Positions 38,526 through 52,065 of a stretch of DNA of 64,000 nt are shown piece by piece. The stretch's first letter is position 1. Each line of letters opens with the position of its first letter. The notes below the pieces were generated by a model. It was not told the DNA's origin and made no database searches. It worked only from the letters and a program-made list of their open reading frames with translations. This stretch comes from Eledone cirrhosa. Lineage: Eukaryota. The position numbers were made by a program, and so were the translations under genes. The DNA is taken from NCBI GenBank assembly GCA_964016885.1, contig OZ024740.1:168888001-168952000 (forward strand), in the 5' to 3' direction.

Positions 38526-39272
38526 ATTATTTATCATTCTATCTCTTAAACTTCATGTTACCTGTGTAACAAGTTATGGTTAGCTATAATTCTATCCCTA
38601 TCTAAATCACCCATCATTGCACCCACCATTCTCTCATACAATCATCTATCTATTGCTATTCTTTAACTCTCATCCTCACACTACCTCCTCTGCTATCACA
38701 CTTTGTTGACATACATCATTCTGCTGATTATTGAATTATATTATTGTTTCCTATTTTTCATTACCCTTTCTTTCATCAATCCTTCTGTCCCAACACAGAG
38801 CTGCCTATTATTGTCTGTCTTCCATTGCTTCATCCCTTACCACTCTCATCACTCACTACACTCATACTCTTTCTTCTATTCATCCCCTTTGAACAGAGAA
38901 AATACAGTGTAGAGAAGCCTCTTTAGTATTGCTGAAGAGATGGGAAACTCTCTAGTGCTGGTGTCATGATAAAATGCACCCAGTACACTGTAAAATAGCT
39001 GATGTTAGGAAAGGTATACTGCCCTAGAAACCATACCAAATGGAAAGTATGAGACATGGTCATCTGATTTGCCAATGAGAGCAGTAACTCTGAATAGGAA
39101 CTGACTCCAACCCATGCCAGCATAGAAAGAGGATGTAAAATGAAAATGATGTCCTCATTAATTTTCCTCATACAATTGTCACCCCCACACTGCTTCTGCT
39201 AATATTTTTCAATGGGAACATAAAAACATAACTTCCTTAAACAGTCCATTACTATAGATATAAAAGAACATA

Positions 39273-40326
39273 GATTTTATATGTGGCCGGTGCTCTGGTG
39301 CAATAAGTAGCAGCAAGTGCCCACAGAATACTATCTCATTCCATTACACAGATGGTTTTATAGTGGACACCTTCCGTTACTTGGGTGACAAAATCAGCAG
39401 TGGTGGAGGGTGCTCTGAAAGTACAGTAGCTCGAGTCAGAACTGGATGGAAAAAGTTCAGAGAGCTTATACCATTATTAGCCGCTAAAAGGTTCTCTCTA
39501 AAAATGAAAGGCAGGCTGTATGATGCCTGCATACGAACAGCAATGTTACATGGCAGTGAGACCTGGGCATTGTGTGCAGAGGATATACGCAGACTGGAGA
39601 GGAATGAAGCTTGCATGCTCCGCTGGATGTGTAATAATAATATACGTAAACAGCAAAGCATAAACGAACTAAGGGAAAAATTAGAAATAAGAGGGATCAG
39701 ATGTTGTTTACTCGAGAGAAGACTACGTTGGTATGGTCACGTGATGCGCATGAAAGATGACAGCTGTATAAAAAAGTGCAGGGCAATAAAAATAGACGGT
39801 AGCCACGGAGTAGGCAGACCCAGAAAAACCTGGGACGACTTGATAAATTCCGACCTGACGCACTTACACCTCTCCAAGACAATGTCACTGGACCGAGATC
39901 TTTGGCGCTACTCAGTAATACAGAAGACCCGCCTTACCTAAGTACAAAGTGAAACCTACTACAGTCAGTAGGCACCTCTAACAAAAATACACCCCGTCCC
40001 ACTACCCCCACCCCATCCACACCACCCCTTTCAATGTAAAGTTATGTTGGTACCACAACATCCAGTCCGAAACAAATGAGGTCGTGTAGGTGTCACGACA
40101 AAATAACACACAGTCCACACTGTAATGTGGCCGTGAGGGTAACGCAGTAAAAACCTCCCAGTCCACACTGTAAACGTGGTTGGTGTTAGGAAGGGCATCC
40201 AGCTGTAGAAAACCCGCCAGACAGTCCTATGCAAGCAAGACAACCACTCTTGCCTCAAGTGGGGAAACTCCCATCCAAACCCGTGGAAGATGGACGTTAA
40301 ACGATGATGATGATGATGATGATGAT
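39273..40326 (+). mobile_element. RTE LINE, second subfamily, 5'-truncated
   Basis: FRYLGD...GWKKF...HGSETW...RLRWYGHV...GRPRKTW, 3' UTR, (GAT)n tail. Confidence 0.93.
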
Positions 40327-40870
40327 AAAAGCAAAGAAACATACTTGTAACTTACTTTCTCTAGTTATACAACTAAAACCATGAACATCGCTATAAATAC
40401 TAGGGTTTAATCTCAGAAGATCTCTCGTGGTGACTCCACATATATATAACATTACCAAAACTTCTTCCAACAATCTAGGATTTCTTTCTTGCCCAGAAAA
40501 TACTTTAACCTTGATACTCTACTATGCTCCAGTATGATCTACAGTGGAATACAGCTCTCAACATACATACTAGATGACACCCAACTGAAGGTCATTTGGC
40601 TGATTGGCAAACATACTACAACCACTAACTTACACGTGTAATGTCCTTGTCTTTACTTCTATCACTGTTATAAAGAGTCTTTGTTCCTCTGAACTAGCTA
40701 TATACCCTCTCCACCTCCATCTTTTCTCCTCTCAGCATCCTTACTGTCTTTCATTACCCAAACCCCACATAAAACACTACATTTGATTTTTCTCTTCTAA
40801 AACTACAACCATCTGGGATTTTTTATACACCCTATACTTTTCCGGCAAATATTAATCTACAGATATTTAA

Positions 40871-41087
40871 CCCTTTAGCATTTAAACCAGTCATATCTGG
40901 CCAAAAGTCTCCCACCTCTTTCTGTTCCAACCAGCCATAACCGGCTGCTCATATTATGTTATGGGATTGTTCTAAAAGTGAATATCAAAATCTCGTAGAT
41001 TCAATATTATGTGAGATAATTATGTGAAATAAGGTGTTTACCGTGAAAATACAATAGTAAATATAGAGTAGTGTAAATGCTAAAGGG
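40871..41087. mobile_element. piggyBac-type MITE-A
   Basis: TTAA duplication and CCCTTTAGCATTTA terminal repeats; homologous to 31441-31660. Confidence 0.92.
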
Positions 41088-44000
41088 TTAAAAGAAACAT
41101 CAAACTGCATTAATATCACCCATGTATGAGGAGGCCTGAAAATGTTATGGACATTGCACCTCCCCTACCCTGATTAAGACTTTGAGTGTGTATGTGGATA
41201 TGGAACTCTGCAAAACAAATTTCATTCTCAAAGCCAGTTCACTATATTTAAACTGCTAATCATTATTATCAAAGATTTAGTGTCTGTTTTCCCTGGGGTT
41301 TATGGGTGTATTATATTGCATACCACCACTCATCTTGATCTTCTGTCATCTGTGATACTACACACCCTGAAAGTTGACCTCACCAGTTTCTGGTACTAGA
41401 AGCCTCCACTAACACTACTTTTTCATCCAGCATCAATACCATTCAGTATCAATACCAATACTCTCCTGCACATATAAATGTTGATGCTTTTTATGTCAGG
41501 CTCTTCTCTTAACTAATATGAAATGAAAATATTATTATGAGATGCTATCAAACATTTCTGATTCATGTAATGCATTGAATGCAAGTCATGATATCAAAGA
41601 CTGTTCTTCTCCAAACTATTAGGATTGGGAATCATAAGAATGAGGGGTGAAAGTGTTGAAATGGCTGAATTGAAAATGAAACCTGTATTGCTTACCACTA
41701 CTCTGTAGTTCTCACACAAATAATATAGAAACATGAAAATATGGTGATATGTAATAACAATTATGGATAGTTGAGGAAAGTTAGTATAAGTCTCTTTTTT
41801 TTTTGTATGTCCATTATTTTTTCATGCAAGTAAGAGCAACATAGTTTTAACTAATTTGCTTTACTGTTGGAGCAACTATTTTCTCAACCAGATATCCAAC
41901 AGGAAATAATTAACATCTGAACTATGACTTGGAAAGGAAACCTGTTTTTTTTTAACCAATCTGATTGAGGCAATCCTTACTCATGAGCACAACAGCCATT
42001 GTTTTATATAAGTACATTAATGATGAACAATCAACAGAATTGCCAGGTATAATTGAACTACTATCCAACACTGTAAACGTGAATTTGAAAAACAAAATCT
42101 TTTGTTTCTTAATGTAATTTGATTTGTATGAAGTTAAACATTTGAATAAATCATTGGAGTAGGTATTTTCTTAGAAATGGATCTCTTATCATCATCATTT
42201 AATATGCCTATGTTGACATTGAATTGATAGGTCTGCTTTTTCAACAATCACTTCCATCATCAATTATATCACCTAGCAAACCAAATATCACTAGCATTTA
42301 ATTACAGGATAGTTTGTAGAATGTTGTTAAGTTCAGTTGCTGTAAAGACTGGAAAGTCTTTTATTTTGAGGAAAGAGTCCTATGAGGTGGGGGTGGCTGT
42401 TTCAGCGAGTGTCACTGGCCATTGTCCGCAATACTTTTGCACCCTAGGCCCAGAGCTCTCTCCATTTTTTTGTGACACTAAAGCCCGTGCCTTTTCCTTC
42501 CTTTTTTAAAATATTCTTATTTTACATTGCCGAATTTTCCATGGCAACCTTAAGCTCTTTCGTGATTTCTTTAATTAAACCTTAACAGGCCACCTTGCCC
42601 TAATTCTTTTGGCTCTTGTTCTTTATCTGAGAGTGTTGTTGGCCCAAAATATTAGAATTTTTACTTCTCATGGCAATCAAACTTCTCAACATTCTACAAA
42701 GTCTCCTCCAAATTAATTGTAGTTGATGCATATCCTTACCAGTTTCAAGACTACATCTAATAAGTCATTAACCTTGTTTTATGGTTGAATCTACTGCTAT
42801 TATTCTTGTACAACTATTACATTTCAACTCCGTTATCTCTCCAGGAGTCCACTGCATTTTTTTTTTTTTTTTCTTGTTTCATTGAATACTCCGTTTATTC
42901 ATCTAGCAGAAGTGAGGCGATAGCTTAACCCAGTTGACACCATATCTCTTATGAAAGAAACTGCCAATGAGTTTTAATTAATTTTGAAAATAAATAATTT
43001 ACAGTAAAACTTTTACTCTTTAAATTAAGCTGATATTAGGAACATTACTTAAAAGTTTCTTGATTAAAATTATATTGGAAGGCTTTGATATATGTATGAA
43101 CATTTTAAAAGGGGTAATTTTGTATTATTTACCCAGTTTCAGGTGATTTAATATTAAAGTGTTAACAACACATTTGAACTTCCTGTGTTGACCATGAGAA
43201 ACCTCAAATTAATATTTATTTGTGATGAACAATATAAAGTATTATAGACCAAATGATATGTTCTCAGCAAACTGGCATTGAAGCCTAATTTACTTGATAT
43301 ATATATTGAGATAGCAAGCAATATCAGTTACATTCTTCAATTTAATGATAATCAAATGATAATTCAACAGACTATTATTCTTATCTTTAGAGTGTATGTA
43401 GATTATACCAGTAAATAAGGATGCTTATACTTTTCATTTAGATTCCTAGTTTTAATCCAGCTGGGGACAAATGTGCTTTGGAATAAGACAGACTCCAGAT
43501 GACAATCTGATTGTAACTGTTTGAGACTATAAAGTCTGAAGATGAGATTAATTAAACCCAGAAAATATCCATTTGAATAAATATTTATTATAAGAAAAGG
43601 GCAAGAAGTTTGAAGAATATATAGAGAAACAAATGAAATGCCTAAAAATATCTACTTTTACATCTTGAGTTCATATACTTCTAAATTGAACATAGCATCT
43701 CTTCAGTTTAAAAAGTTGGAATTGGCAGAGTTATTAAGTGTAAGATTAAATATCTCACTATTTGTTTTGGCTCTCTGTGCTGATAGAAGTGATGTTTGAA
43801 GACCAAAGAAAACATGGGACAAGGTTGAAAAGGATAATCTAAGGAACCTGAGCATAAAAACCCATCCACCAGTACAAGCACTGCAGCAGTAAAATCAAAT
43901 GTAGTGAGAGATTGAAGACTAATGTATTTGGCAATTGAATGAAGACAATGTAGGATTTGAGAGGCCTCTTCAGTTTGGCTAAGCTCATTACAACCTCTGT

Positions 44001-46157
44001 TGTACTGATGTCCCAATAAAACACACCCAGTCTATTCTGTTAAGTGGCAGTGCTGGTGTCCACTCAGTAATTCCTGTAAGGAAGTTGGTGTATCCAGTAA
44101 AATTGGTTGCTCCAGCCCTCTGGTCTTACACCATGACAACCTATACCAGCAGGGAAAGCAAATGTAAAAATAATGATGAAATAAAGTTGCCTAGAAGCAA
44201 TAAGAGCTGGACAAGATGCTTTGTGGTATCAGATCTGGCACTGTGTAGTTCAAATTTTAATCTCGTCTCCCTCTGCCAGGAACTAGCAGATAATATCAGT
44301 AACAGAAAGATCAATGGAAATATAGTTTCGATCTGATGATTAGCTTTTTTAGTGCTAGTAGCATGTTGCTGTTGATTTAATTTGCTATACCACTCTTTTA
44401 AAAAAAGTAAGTAAAAATGTTTATTAGCGATTAATATTGTGTAACAACTTAGCAGAAAATATTTAAAAACAGGTTTGTTAATTCAAGTATTTAGTGTTTT
44501 TACTACAGAACAGATCATTGTTAATACTTGCTGTATTAGTAGCTTTCAACTGTCTTTATAAATGAGGTTTGATGTGGTACAGGATGTTAAGAGTTAAAGA
44601 AAAAAAGAATGAAGTGTAATTTCTCAAGATTGAAAGTTGTGTACAAAAATCTTCTCCCCAGATAGTTTTCAATCAATATTATTTAAAAACCTGTTGCAGT
44701 ACAGCATATTTTCCTTTTAATATTATAAATCCCCATATTTCCTGGACTTTATTGGCCAGGCTTTATAATATACTATTCTTGTAGTAGTTTTTACTTTTGA
44801 ATATTTTCTCTTGAGTGTATGTCTTAAAAAATGTTTTTTAAGATTCAATTTTGACTCCCTGAACCCTATTTCTAATAATCATGCTCTATATTTTCAAAAT
44901 TATTTGAAAATCAATCAAGAATTTGGAGAGATTTAGTAATGTAACTAACTTTCTCATTAGTAATCAGATGTTTGAAATATAAACTTAGATTTTTACATAA
45001 AATTCTAATGGTCAAAGGAAAACCAAGCATAACACTTGATTTCAATTAGTCTTAGAAGTTATGGAGAAAAGATGCAAATTCAATGTATTTCATTAATTTA
45101 GTATTATATTTAATTCAAACAACTTGGTTCCTAAACAATTTGGGAGCCATAAAGAGAACATACATGGTTTCAATTTAGCTGTGTCTCATCAGCTTTTGTG
45201 TTGAATAGCACTATATAAATTCTTGTTCAAATATTATCAGTTGATATTTAGAAGAAATGACCTAGTGGAGCATATTTAACAGAAATGCTTACACCATGCT
45301 TACAAATGCTGAACTTACTTATATACAATTAATTCACATGCTCTATGGTGTTATGTAATTCTATATTTAATTCCCACCCTTGCAAGCAGGGAAAAGTGGA
45401 CATAAAATGATGATGATGAATTCATAAAGACATTGCTTCAGTCATTAACTGAGATCTAACCTTTTGTTGGGAGTTCACTCAAACATTTATTACACTAAAC
45501 TACCAATATATTTAAAAATTAGATTATCTAGGCATATGAACAATTATTCTACGAGGAGTTTATTTGAATGCAATATTTAGTTGGCATTGAGGTTAATGCC
45601 TAACAACCAATTTTTTAATGCTTGTCCTTGTTAGATCATCAGAATTATAGCTCTCAGGATCATTAGGGCAACTGGTCACAAACCAAGTCTATGCACCAAT
45701 AGCTGAAAACTTCAAGAAGAGTTGGAACTATTAAAAATGTTGGAGATCAGTCAAAAGTTAAAAGATTTAGAGAGACAAGAGAAGTCTTTTAGTCAGCAAT
45801 GAAAGAGAAATGGCTGATTTGATTGATTGAGTTTAACTCCCAAAAGCTAGAAAATACAGTTGATTCTTGAAACTTTTCAATTCAATACCTCAAGAGACAG
45901 GAGTAAATACTGTAAAGGTATTTATTCTGGCATTCAGCCATTCTGGCAACTGTTCCACTCTAAAATATGTCAGTGTGATCTTGGCCCATATTTTGGCACT
46001 TTGATAGCTATAAAATATTCATCTCATGTTTAAACAGTCTTATTCTGATATTTTCATCTTACAACTTTATATTGATATATTTATAATGGAAAACACTATC
46101 ATTTTCAAATCATTAAGAATTTGGAGAGATTTAGTAAAATATCTTTCTTATTATTAA

Positions 46158-46695
46158 CCCTTTAGCATTTACATTACTCTATATTTACTATTGTATTTTC
46201 ACAGTAAAGGCTTTACCTCAGATAATATCGAATCTATTAAATTTTGATATTTATTTTGAGAATAATACATCAGTATGAGTGGCTGGTTACAGCCAGTTTG
46301 AACAGAAAGAGGTGAGAGAATCTGTCCAGATACATTCATCATTTCATTTTACGTCCACTTTTCCCTGCTTGCAAGGGTGGGACGGGAACTGATTCTGGCT
46401 TGATTTCTACAGCTGGATGCCCTTCCTAACACCAACCTCATTTACAGTGAGTGCTGGGTGCTTTTTTGCCGTGGCACCTCCACGACCACTTTGCAGTGGA
46501 ATGATAGGGACCCCGGTCCCTATCATCTCATTTCTACAGCTGAGTAAAATGGAGCAATGTGAAATAAAGTGCCTTGCTCAAGGAAACAACACATCACCCG
46601 GTCTGAGAATTGAACTCACAACCTTTCGATTGCAAGGCCAATGCTCTAACCACTAAGCCATGTGCCTCCATACAGCTGGTTTAAATGCTAATGGG
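46158..46695. mobile_element. MITE-A containing a SINE, itself inserted at TTAA in a MITE-B
   Basis: TTAA at 46154 and 46696; flanks rejoin as TTATTATTAA|GCTGGTGTTTGGAACA, as in other MITE-B copies. Confidence 0.88.
46336..46669 (-). mobile_element. SINE family 1, full length
   Basis: Reverse-complement match to 26204-26517. Confidence 0.92.
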
Positions 46696-48985
46696 TTAAG
46701 CTGGTGTTTGGAACAACTTAAATGTTCTAACATAAATTTATAATGGAAGATTTTTAGATAAATATAAGCACTATAAAACAAACAGCTTTGTATCATAGAA
46801 CTGGGGGGCAGTTATAGGTACTTTGGTATAAAAAAATGGTTAAAGCTCCCTTTGAAATAAAGAGGCAACAAGATGTTATTTAGGCAGGCATAATGATTAT
46901 TTATTTTTTCAAATACAGGAATTGTTCTTTTGAAACATATTACAAGCTTGCAGCACAATAACAGGGAGAGAATTTGAATACTGAAAAATTTACTTACTAT
47001 GAGAATAAAAGAAGACAGTGTAAACCACAATTTAAATAAATAATCTAAAATCCAATTTATATAACTGTGCAGAAATCCATTATTATGAGCACAGCAAATG
47101 AAATAAGTTATATAAATAAAAACATGTGTATATTTACTTGATATATTATATGTTTGTCCTATGGAAGGTAAACAGGATTAGATATCTGAACCTGAGGTTT
47201 AATTTAATCAACCTTTTGGTTGACTACACAATGGTATATTGACACAAAACCTGATGAAGTAGTGTAGCCGACTATAAGGCTAATTAAATGGAACCTTAGA
47301 TCTAGTTATGTAATAATAATGTTTAACTTACATATATCAAACAATACATTAACACATGAGTGCATTAAGTATTTTTTATGTACTTGTACCATAAAAATCA
47401 ACATTAGACATATAAAAACACACACAGAACTGTGCTGAATAAGAATAAAATGTCTTTTGTCAACACAAATATAATTGGGAATATGAAGTAAAAATCAGTT
47501 AATAGCTGAATGCATAATGGAAACTTGGTTCATAGGAAGTACATTTGATTTCCTGTCATGCACCTATTTCTTTTTCTTTATTTTCTGTTTGTTTATGTAT
47601 GTTCTGAGATTATCTTTTCACCATGATGTCATGTTTTGAATAATATGCATGGATTCTCAAAACAACCATTCAACTGAAATGTTACTGAAGCAAGTAACAA
47701 GGTATTGTACTTTGTGTAGACACTATTCAATATCAATGGCAAAGTTTGAAGTAATGACATTAAAAGCCATTTTAGTCAAGGTGTATAATTTGACAACTCT
47801 AGACTTTAACATAAAATTCCAGCGAACACTCTTTTATGCTGCTTCATAGAACTAAGAATTTGTTGTTTTTTTTTTATTTATGACATGATTTTTTGGGGGG
47901 TTAAATTTTACTTGTATGATAGAACTTTAATTAGCTAATAACACCAAACATCAACACCATATTGATCATCAGAATATTTCACATTAGGTTAATATTGTTA
48001 CCAATTCTGTGAAAAATTCCACTCCAAATCAAAAACACTTCTCACACAATGAAGGTCTTCCATTTCAACATCCTAACTGTATGTTTGTTCAAGTATACAT
48101 ATTGATATATCTTAAATCAAGTAAAATTTTAGGAACATAACCCAATAGAATAAGATATTTTTATAGCACTATTTTAAATATGTGGGTGTTTTACTATTCA
48201 TAGATTTAGACTTTAATTTATTCATATCTCTAAAACTTTAAACATATCTAAACTAAATAATTAATACCACATCTGAAAGATAGACTCCAGCATGGAGATA
48301 CGTAGTTATAATGGCTTAAAAGAATTGAAGAACATAAACAAAATCTTCAGGGAACAACTTCTAGTAATTAGTATACAGGGTTGTGAGCCACTTTGAATCA
48401 ATAAATACTCAATATATAGAATATAATTTCTTAGTTCCAATGAGAGTTATAATTGATGTGATATCAATAGGTTCTGTCCTACTCTTTATTTACAGTGTCT
48501 GACATGTGGACTATGAACATATAGTCAGAAAGAACACACAAGCCTGAAAATTGTACCCTTCTACAAAGCCTAAGGAGAAATAAAAAGAAAGGAAAATCCT
48601 ATGTCAAACTAAAGAAAAAAAAGTAACTTGCTGAAACCAAAAAGTTGAAATGTTAAAAGGACTAGGGATTAAACTTGCTGGAAGAATTGGTCTTCAAAGT
48701 GAATATATTTCACAGCATCACATCCAGAGGTTAAAAGAGAGAGCATGTTCTACATAAGAAACAGCTTGTTCCTTTATATTCTCGAGTGTCATCAAGAGAT
48801 TGATGCAGGCTGACTTCCACTGTCACTCAGGGCTGGTTGAGCTAGACAACCTACCCATCCTTCAGAGCAGGTGGTAGCTTGTGCGTATCCCTCATTACCT
48901 CAACACTCATAGAAAACTAGCCCCTGCAATGGAAACCTTGCAGATAAAGCTGCCAGCATCCCCCAGGCATAGGTTGGCTTTTTGT

Positions 48986-49064
48986 TCAGGGTAACAAGCG
49001 GTTGTACTCAGCCATCAGATTAGACTTTTTCACAGCATCCCAGGTTCTTGCTGCATAATGAAAC
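48986..49064 (-). CDS. SMG9: SMG9 terminal coding exon
   Basis: (W)FHYAARTWDAVKKSNLMAEYNRLLP then TGA; resembles human WFHYAARIWDGVRKSSALAEYSRLL; AG acceptor. Confidence 0.95.
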
Positions 49065-51166
49065 CTAGAAGAAAAATTTGGTAGATTGAGTTTCAAGTGA
49101 GAAGTTGGTTTTACTTTATTTTACTAACATTTATACAAATATCTCATGTGCATGGCTATGTGGTTAAGAAGATTGTGGTTTGGGATTTGATGCATAGCAC
49201 CTTGGGCAAGTATCATCTTCTGAGTGAAATTTTGTAGATGGAAACTGTGCAGAAGCCCTATATAATATATATACAGACACACACATATGCACATATGAGT
49301 GTGCGTGTGTTTTCCTCCAAGTATCTCTTCATGTCCTGCAGCTTAGTAAGCTGATAGAAAAAGATCAGTGAAATCACTCCTACACTTAAAAATAAAGGTT
49401 GGTGCCAGGAAGAGCATCTGGCTACTGAATACTCCCTCAATAAAAGTCTCATGCAAGCCATGTCAGCAGGGAAAAGCAGACACAAAAACAATGTTGAAGA
49501 TGATGTTATCAAGTCACAATTCAAAATAGTACGAAATGTCTTCAAATAGTACGACATGAGCATGACTGTATAATATAAAATAATAATGAAAATTATTGTG
49601 CACAGTGCTCAGGTGCACTACAACTCATCAAAGGTGCAGGTAGTTTGTTCCATGCTTCTGCAACTCTGAGCGTGAAAACATGTTTCTGAAAGTCATAATA
49701 GAAGAAGAGAGTTTAAGTTCAATTGTTGTAAGAAGAGAAAAATCAAATATTTTGGGTTCTTGTCCTTTGGTGAAAAGTGAGAACCCAAAATATCAGATTC
49801 ATCAATTCTTACATCAACTGAATTGATCAATATCTTACAGGAGTTCTCCTATTAGCTAATTGCTATTGACTATCACCAGTTTCACAGGATTCCAAATATT
49901 ACCAGTCATGCAGAGAAAGAAGTAACCTCTTTATTGTTGGTGTCATGATAAAATGCATTCAGTAGAATGTAAAGTGGTTAGTAATCAATATACAGTTGAA
50001 AGGGCTCTTTATTCATGTCAAGATGACAATCTGATGTTGATTCAACATCATCATTTTTATGTTAACTTTTCCTAACAGGAGTTGGACAGGATATTTTGAG
50101 GCAATCTTTTACAGCTGGATTCCCTTCTTGACAGGAACCCTTTTCGGGATAGAGTGCACCTATTCTAAACCAGATATACATGGTTCTACAATAAAATGCA
50201 TCAAATACACCCAGTAAAATAGCAGTAGAAACCATGCTAAAGGGACATAAGTGAGGTGTGGTCCCCTGACCTGTCTAAGAGAACAGCAACTCTAAACAAG
50301 ATTTAAATCAGACCAGAACAACCAGCATAGAAAACTGCTTCAAAGTGATAATGATGATGTGTAATAAAATGTGACTCTTTGCAGGATACTCATGATACTC
50401 AGCATAGGTTAACTGGTTTAGCCACAAACTAAACCTGTCTTGCTAAACTTAGCTTACTAAGAGGTTACTACAAATACTACTACAAGGTATGGAAAGAAGG
50501 TAACCCAATGATATGTGTGTTGGACCTCCATCAGTTCTGATGAGAAGTGTTCCAATGAAGAAGACTACTTGTGGCATTAACATTAGCAATGTCTGGAATG
50601 CTCAGCCACTTGCATCCTAAGTGCAATTCTCAGAGGGATTCAGTATGACACTGTATGACAAGGCTGGCTATTTGAAGTACAGGTATAATTCAGTGAGTGG
50701 ATTGAAGCAACATGAACTGAAGTGTCTTGTTGAAGAACATAACACATTGCAAGGTATTGAACTCACAATCTTCAGATTGTGAGCCACATAGCCTAAGCAC
50801 CATACCTTCCCAACCCAATGATATAAGATCTTATAAATAGATACTAAACATGGGTAGAAGTACCTCGATATAAATGAAGCAGTGATGAGATAAAACTCTT
50901 AATAGAAGACTTGTTTAGCTATAGGAGAGTAGAAGATTAAAAGTATTTTCTAAAAAATTGATTCAATTGCTTCAGTAACCACCATAACATCACATAGGTC
51001 ACTGTTTGAACAAACCTCAATAAGGACATAAGAAGAATGCTTGTTAAAAAAAAGATGTATTCCCAATATGAAAAATTAAGTGTTTATATAGATTAACATT
51101 TTCAAATGATGTCCAAAGGATAATCTTTGCAAAAAGAAACTGAAAAATGTTCAGCCTAAAACTTAC

Positions 51167-51299
51167 CAGTTTTTCTCGGAGAGGATTGTGTGTGTAAGAA
51201 GACGACGTTGACAAGCAAATACTTGATTACGAAGAGACTGCAATAGTCTGTTAAAACTTGGGTAGCCACGATATTCTGGCAGAAATGTTAATATTGAAT
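51167..51299 (-). CDS. SMG9: SMG9 exon
   Basis: DSILTFLPEYRGYPSF...LTHTILSEKNW; GT-AG; phases fit. Confidence 0.95.
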
Positions 51300-51951
51300 C
51301 TAAAATAAAATAAAATGCAAGTTTAAAAGATATCAATTCCTTTATCACCAACTACAATTCTAATTTACAGCTGAGATTTAAATGGCATTTAGCTGACCCC
51401 ATTGAAGTTGAGGACACATATGTTAATATTCAGGCCCAAATTTTTTATAAGAATTTGCTTGAGACTGCCTGTTTCTAATACGGAACCTCTCATTTTAAAA
51501 TCTCAATATATAAAGAGACCCGCTTTGTTAAGTTGTGTTCCAAATGCCAACTTAATTAAGACAATGTTAGTTATTGTACTAAATTTTTCCACATTCTTAT
51601 TTTTGTTAGAAATATGGTCACAAAAAGCTAGTTATTCAGAGATCATAGATTTATGCAAATAGAGTTATAACAGCATCAGCTAAAAAGCCTGGTTTTCAGC
51701 ATTCTCAGTACAAATATAGCTGAGGTCAACTTTGGAGAGAAGTTGATATATATATATGTATCAGTCAAGTACTGGGACAGATCTCTTCTCTCTTTTGAAA
51801 TTAGCTATATGTTCCAGTCAAGAAAGGAGTGTTCATATTGTAGCCCTACCAATCCATTTGCCACCATTCTGTGGACACATGGCAGAAAACAAATAGATTC
51901 ATGCTTATTTAATATAATACAAAAATACAGAAAGACCAATACAAAACTTAC

Positions 51952-52065
51952 CAGCTTCAACTTTTTGATTGTCTATATGGGGCAGCAAAAATAAATTGAC
52001 CCCTGTGGTGATATTTCGGTTATTTAACCCAGGCAGTAACTCTCCATTGGCCAAAGTCACAGAAT
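51952..52065 (-). CDS. SMG9: SMG9 exon
   Basis: SVTLANGELLPGL...VNLFLLPHID; GT-AG; phase 1-1. Confidence 0.9.

Noticed and set aside
47212-47280. Stem-loop containing CTGATGA (hammerhead, C/D snoRNA or SECIS)
   Set aside because: No GAAA or stem II at a suitable position, box order does not fit a C/D snoRNA, and there is no SECIS geometry
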